This document shows, piece after piece, positions 61,603 through 64,000 of a DNA stretch of 64,000 nt. This stretch comes from Actinomycetota bacterium (GTDB lineage Bacteria; Actinomycetota; Actinomycetes; Actinomycetales; Microbacteriaceae). Under the pieces are notes generated by a model. The model was not told where the DNA came from. It did no database searches and worked only from the letters and a program-made list of their open reading frames with translations. Location: positions 8,184 through 72,183 of the forward strand of contig WLIA01000002.1 of NCBI GenBank assembly GCA_009702455.1, given 5' to 3'. The position numbers and the translations under genes were made by a program. The stretch's first letter is position 1. Each line of letters begins with the position of its first letter.

Positions 61603-63057
61603 CTAGAGGTCGAAAGACCTGTCATTTGGCTTTACAGGTGCAGGTAGTTCGGTGACGCCCTCGAGAAAATTGTCGATGGCCGCGGCTGCTGAACGACCCT
61701 CGGCAATGGCCCAGACGATAAGGCTCTGTCCTCGTCCAGCATCACCAGCAACGAAGAATCCTTCGTGGCTTGTCTGCCAATCGTTAGCGCGCGAAATGTT
61801 TCCTCGTTCATCGAATTGAGCCGACGTCTGATTGAGCAGCGTGGATTGTTCTGCGCCAGTGAATCCGAGTGCAAGCAAGACTAGGTCTGCTTCAATCACT
61901 CGTTCGGTTCCAGCTTTAGGCACTCGTCTGCCATCTTTGAACTCGGTTTCGGCAACGCGAACGCCAGAGACTTTATCGCCGTTAGCTACGAATTCGACCG
62001 TGCTTGCTAGGTACTTTCGTTCACCAAATTCTTCGTGAGCGCTGGCAACTTCAAAAAGATTTGGGAACGTCGGCCACGGTTGGTTGGGTTGGCGTTCGGC
62101 AGGTGGCTGGTTTCCGATAGCGAGAGTCGTGACCGAGAGTGCGCCCTGCCGAGTTGCAGTGCCTAGACAGTCAGCTCCTGTGTCGCCACCACCGAGAATA
62201 ACCACGCGCTTTCCGGCAGCGTTGATTTGATTGTTTACTTCGTCGCCGGCTACAACCTGATTTGACTGATGCAGGTAATGCATCGCGAATTCGACTCCCT
62301 CAAGGTTTCGACCAGGAATCTTTAGGTCACGAGGTTCAGGGGCTCCGGTAGCCACCAAAACGGCATCAAAGCGTGAGCGAAGCTCAGTCCAGGTGATGTC
62401 TACGCCGATGTTCACACCTAGTCTGAAGCGAGTGCCTTCCGCCTCCATTTGTGCCACTCGACGATCGATGTGGTGCTTCTCCATTTTGAAGTCTGGAATT
62501 CCGTATCGAAGCAGTCCGCCGATTCGGTCGTCCTTTTCAAATACGGCTACGGTATGTCCGGCCCTGGTCAACTGCTGTGCTGCTGCGAGCCCCGCCGGGC
62601 CAGAACCTACTACCGCAACCGTTTTTCCGGTTAAGCGCTCGGGTGCGTGCGGAAGCACCCAGTTGTTCTCGAATGCCCTGTCAATTATCGAAACTTCGAT
62701 CTCTTTGATAGTGACCGCTGGTTGGTTGATTCCGAGAACACACGAGCTCTCACAAGGTGCCGGGCAGAGCCTGCCGGTGAACTCTGGAAAATTGTTGGTT
62801 GCGTGAAGACGTTCGATGGCCTGTGCGCCCTGGTCGCGCCAGGTCAGGTCATTCCACTCGGGAATCAGGTTGCCAAGCGGGCAACCCTGGTGGCAAAACG
62901 CGATGCCGCAGTCCATGCATCGGCCGGCCTGCTGCTTCACAACAGCTTCGTCACGAGGTTCGTAAACCTCTTTCCAGTCACGAACGCGAATAGCTACAGG
63001 GCGACGCTCGGCAGTTTGGCGCTCTGTGACCTTAAGAAATCCCCTTGGATCAGCCAC
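61603..63057 (-). CDS. gltD: Glutamate synthase small subunit
   Basis: RCMDCG..FC...CP, FPEFTGRLCPAPCE, GSGPAG, GGGDTGADC. Confidence 0.97.
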   Translation of the reverse strand: MADPRGFLKVTERQTAERRPVAIRVRDWKEVYEPRDEAVVKQQAGRCMDCGIAFCHQGCPLGNLIPEWNDLTWRDQGAQAIERLHATNNFPEFTGRLCPAPCESSCVLGINQPAVTIKEIEVSIIDRAFENNWVLPHAPERLTGKTVAVVGSGPAGLAAAQQLTRAGHTVAVFEKDDRIGGLLRYGIPDFKMEKHHIDRRVAQMEAEGTRFRLGVNIGVDITWTELRSRFDAVLVATGAPEPRDLKIPGRNLEGVEFAMHYLHQSNQVVAGDEVNNQINAAGKRVVILGGGDTGADCLGTATRQGALSVTTLAIGNQPPAERQPNQPWPTFPNLFEVASAHEEFGERKYLASTVEFVANGDKVSGVRVAETEFKDGRRVPKAGTERVIEADLVLLALGFTGAEQSTLLNQTSAQFDERGNISRANDWQTSHEGFFVAGDAGRGQSLIVWAIAEGRSAAAAIDNFLEGVTELPAPVKPNDRSFDL

Positions 63058-64000
63058 CGGTCACCTCCAGAATCCTCTTCCAGACCACTTCGCCATCAGG
63101 GTCGAGGTTTTCGCCGAGTGCATCCTTGCGGATCTTGAGAACTGCCGCGTAGTCGCTTGGCAAAACCTTAGTGAAGTTTTTTGATTCCAAACCAAAATTC
63201 AGCAGCAGCGAAGTGGCAAGAGCCGAGTCGGTTTCTAAGACGTGACGGGAGAGCAAGCTCTGCAGAATATCGCTGTCATCTTTATCGAGCGGGGCGAGAG
63301 TTAGGTCTGAATTCCCGAGAGCTTCGCGGTTGACTCGGTCGGCTCGTAATTTATAGATGTAGGCAACGCCACCCGACATACCAGCGGCTAGGTTGCGACC
63401 GGTTGAACCCAAAACTACAGCGACACCGCCGGTCATATACTCGAGTGCGTGGTCTCCAACACCTTCGACCACGGCAGTTGCACCGCTGTTTCTAACCAAG
63501 AATCTTTCGCCAACGACTCCACGGATAAACAGGTTGCCGCTTGTTGCTCCGTAGCCGATCACGTTGCCAGCAATAATGTTTTCCTCCGCTGCAAACACGC
63601 TCGTGCGGTTCGGTCTAATCACGATGGTGCCGCCAGATAGTCCCTTGCCAACGTAGTCGTTTGAATCACCCTCGAGACTTAGCTTTATGCCACTAGGAAT
63701 GAATGCTCCAAACGATTGACCCGCCGAACCCTGTAGTTCGATGTTGATTGTCGCTTCCGGCAGGCCCGTTGCCGCGTGCCGTTTTGTGAGTTCATTTCCG
63801 AGCATTGTGCCGACTGCCTGATCGACGTTGCTGATCGTGAGCGAAATAGATGACGGCTCGCCGGTCTCTAGCGACTGCGCAAAATGAGCAATTAGCTTGT
63901 GGTCGAAGTGCTTCTCGAGTTCGTGGTCTTGATTGGTTGACTTTCGTCTCGAAGCCGATGCCGCAACGGCCGGAGAGGCAAGAATCGGGCTCAGGTCTAG
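63050..64000 (-). CDS. gltB: Glutamate synthase large subunit (C-terminal part only)
   Basis: GSAGQSFGAF, NDYVGKGLSGG, GERFLVRNSG, EYMTGG; frame appears open to the window edge. Confidence 0.95.
   Translation of the reverse strand, partial: LDLSPILASPAVAASASRRKSTNQDHELEKHFDHKLIAHFAQSLETGEPSSISLTISNVDQAVGTMLGNELTKRHAATGLPEATINIELQGSAGQSFGAFIPSGIKLSLEGDSNDYVGKGLSGGTIVIRPNRTSVFAAEENIIAGNVIGYGATSGNLFIRGVVGERFLVRNSGATAVVEGVGDHALEYMTGGVAVVLGSTGRNLAAGMSGGVAYIYKLRADRVNREALGNSDLTLAPLDKDDSDILQSLLSRHVLETDSALATSLLLNFGLESKNFTKVLPSDYAAVLKIRKDALGENLDPDGEVVWKRILEVTGG

Overview
This is a densely packed core-genome segment (roughly mid-50s % GC by eye) of a streamlined actinobacterium. Gene content and synteny fit the Microbacteriaceae, plausibly the freshwater Rhodoluna/Aquiluna group (inference). 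It holds about 60 CDS and two tRNA-Leu genes: pafC-pafB-FKBP-trmI-HAD / PAC2 / uppP; sirtuin-phosphatase; GT4-hydrolase-metH / metF-dnaQ-like; rpmE2; glgA(glgM) / glgC-serB; fabG; SURF1; ABC-F / bioY; sufBD-Rieske-sufC-sufT; ctaA-photolyase / ctaB; tkt-tal-pgi-zwf-opcA-pgl; gap-pgk-tpiA-secG-rbpA; sodA; coaE-uvrB-uvrA-uvrC-rapZ-whiA; rpsA; polA; ANTAR regulator; pyk; gltBD. I found no mobile element, CRISPR array or defence island, and no clearly novel protein system. The notable signals are in regulatory architecture. (1) About 12-14 apparently leaderless genes have TAnnnT 6-8 nt before the start codon. (2) Three divergent pairs have overlapping -10 hexamers, one carrying a Met-His-Gln mini-uORF. 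(3) Two TAG stop codons double as the next gene's -10 box. (4) TGA stops are almost confined to translational overlaps. (5) An exact PafBC/RecA-NDp motif precedes the dnaQ-like gene. (6) The suf operon has a four-hairpin leader and no adjacent sufR. (7) A twin-GACAC inverted repeat precedes rapZ-whiA. (8) The Pup-proteasome block is absent from its canonical locus. All promoter, TSS and structure calls are by-eye predictions.
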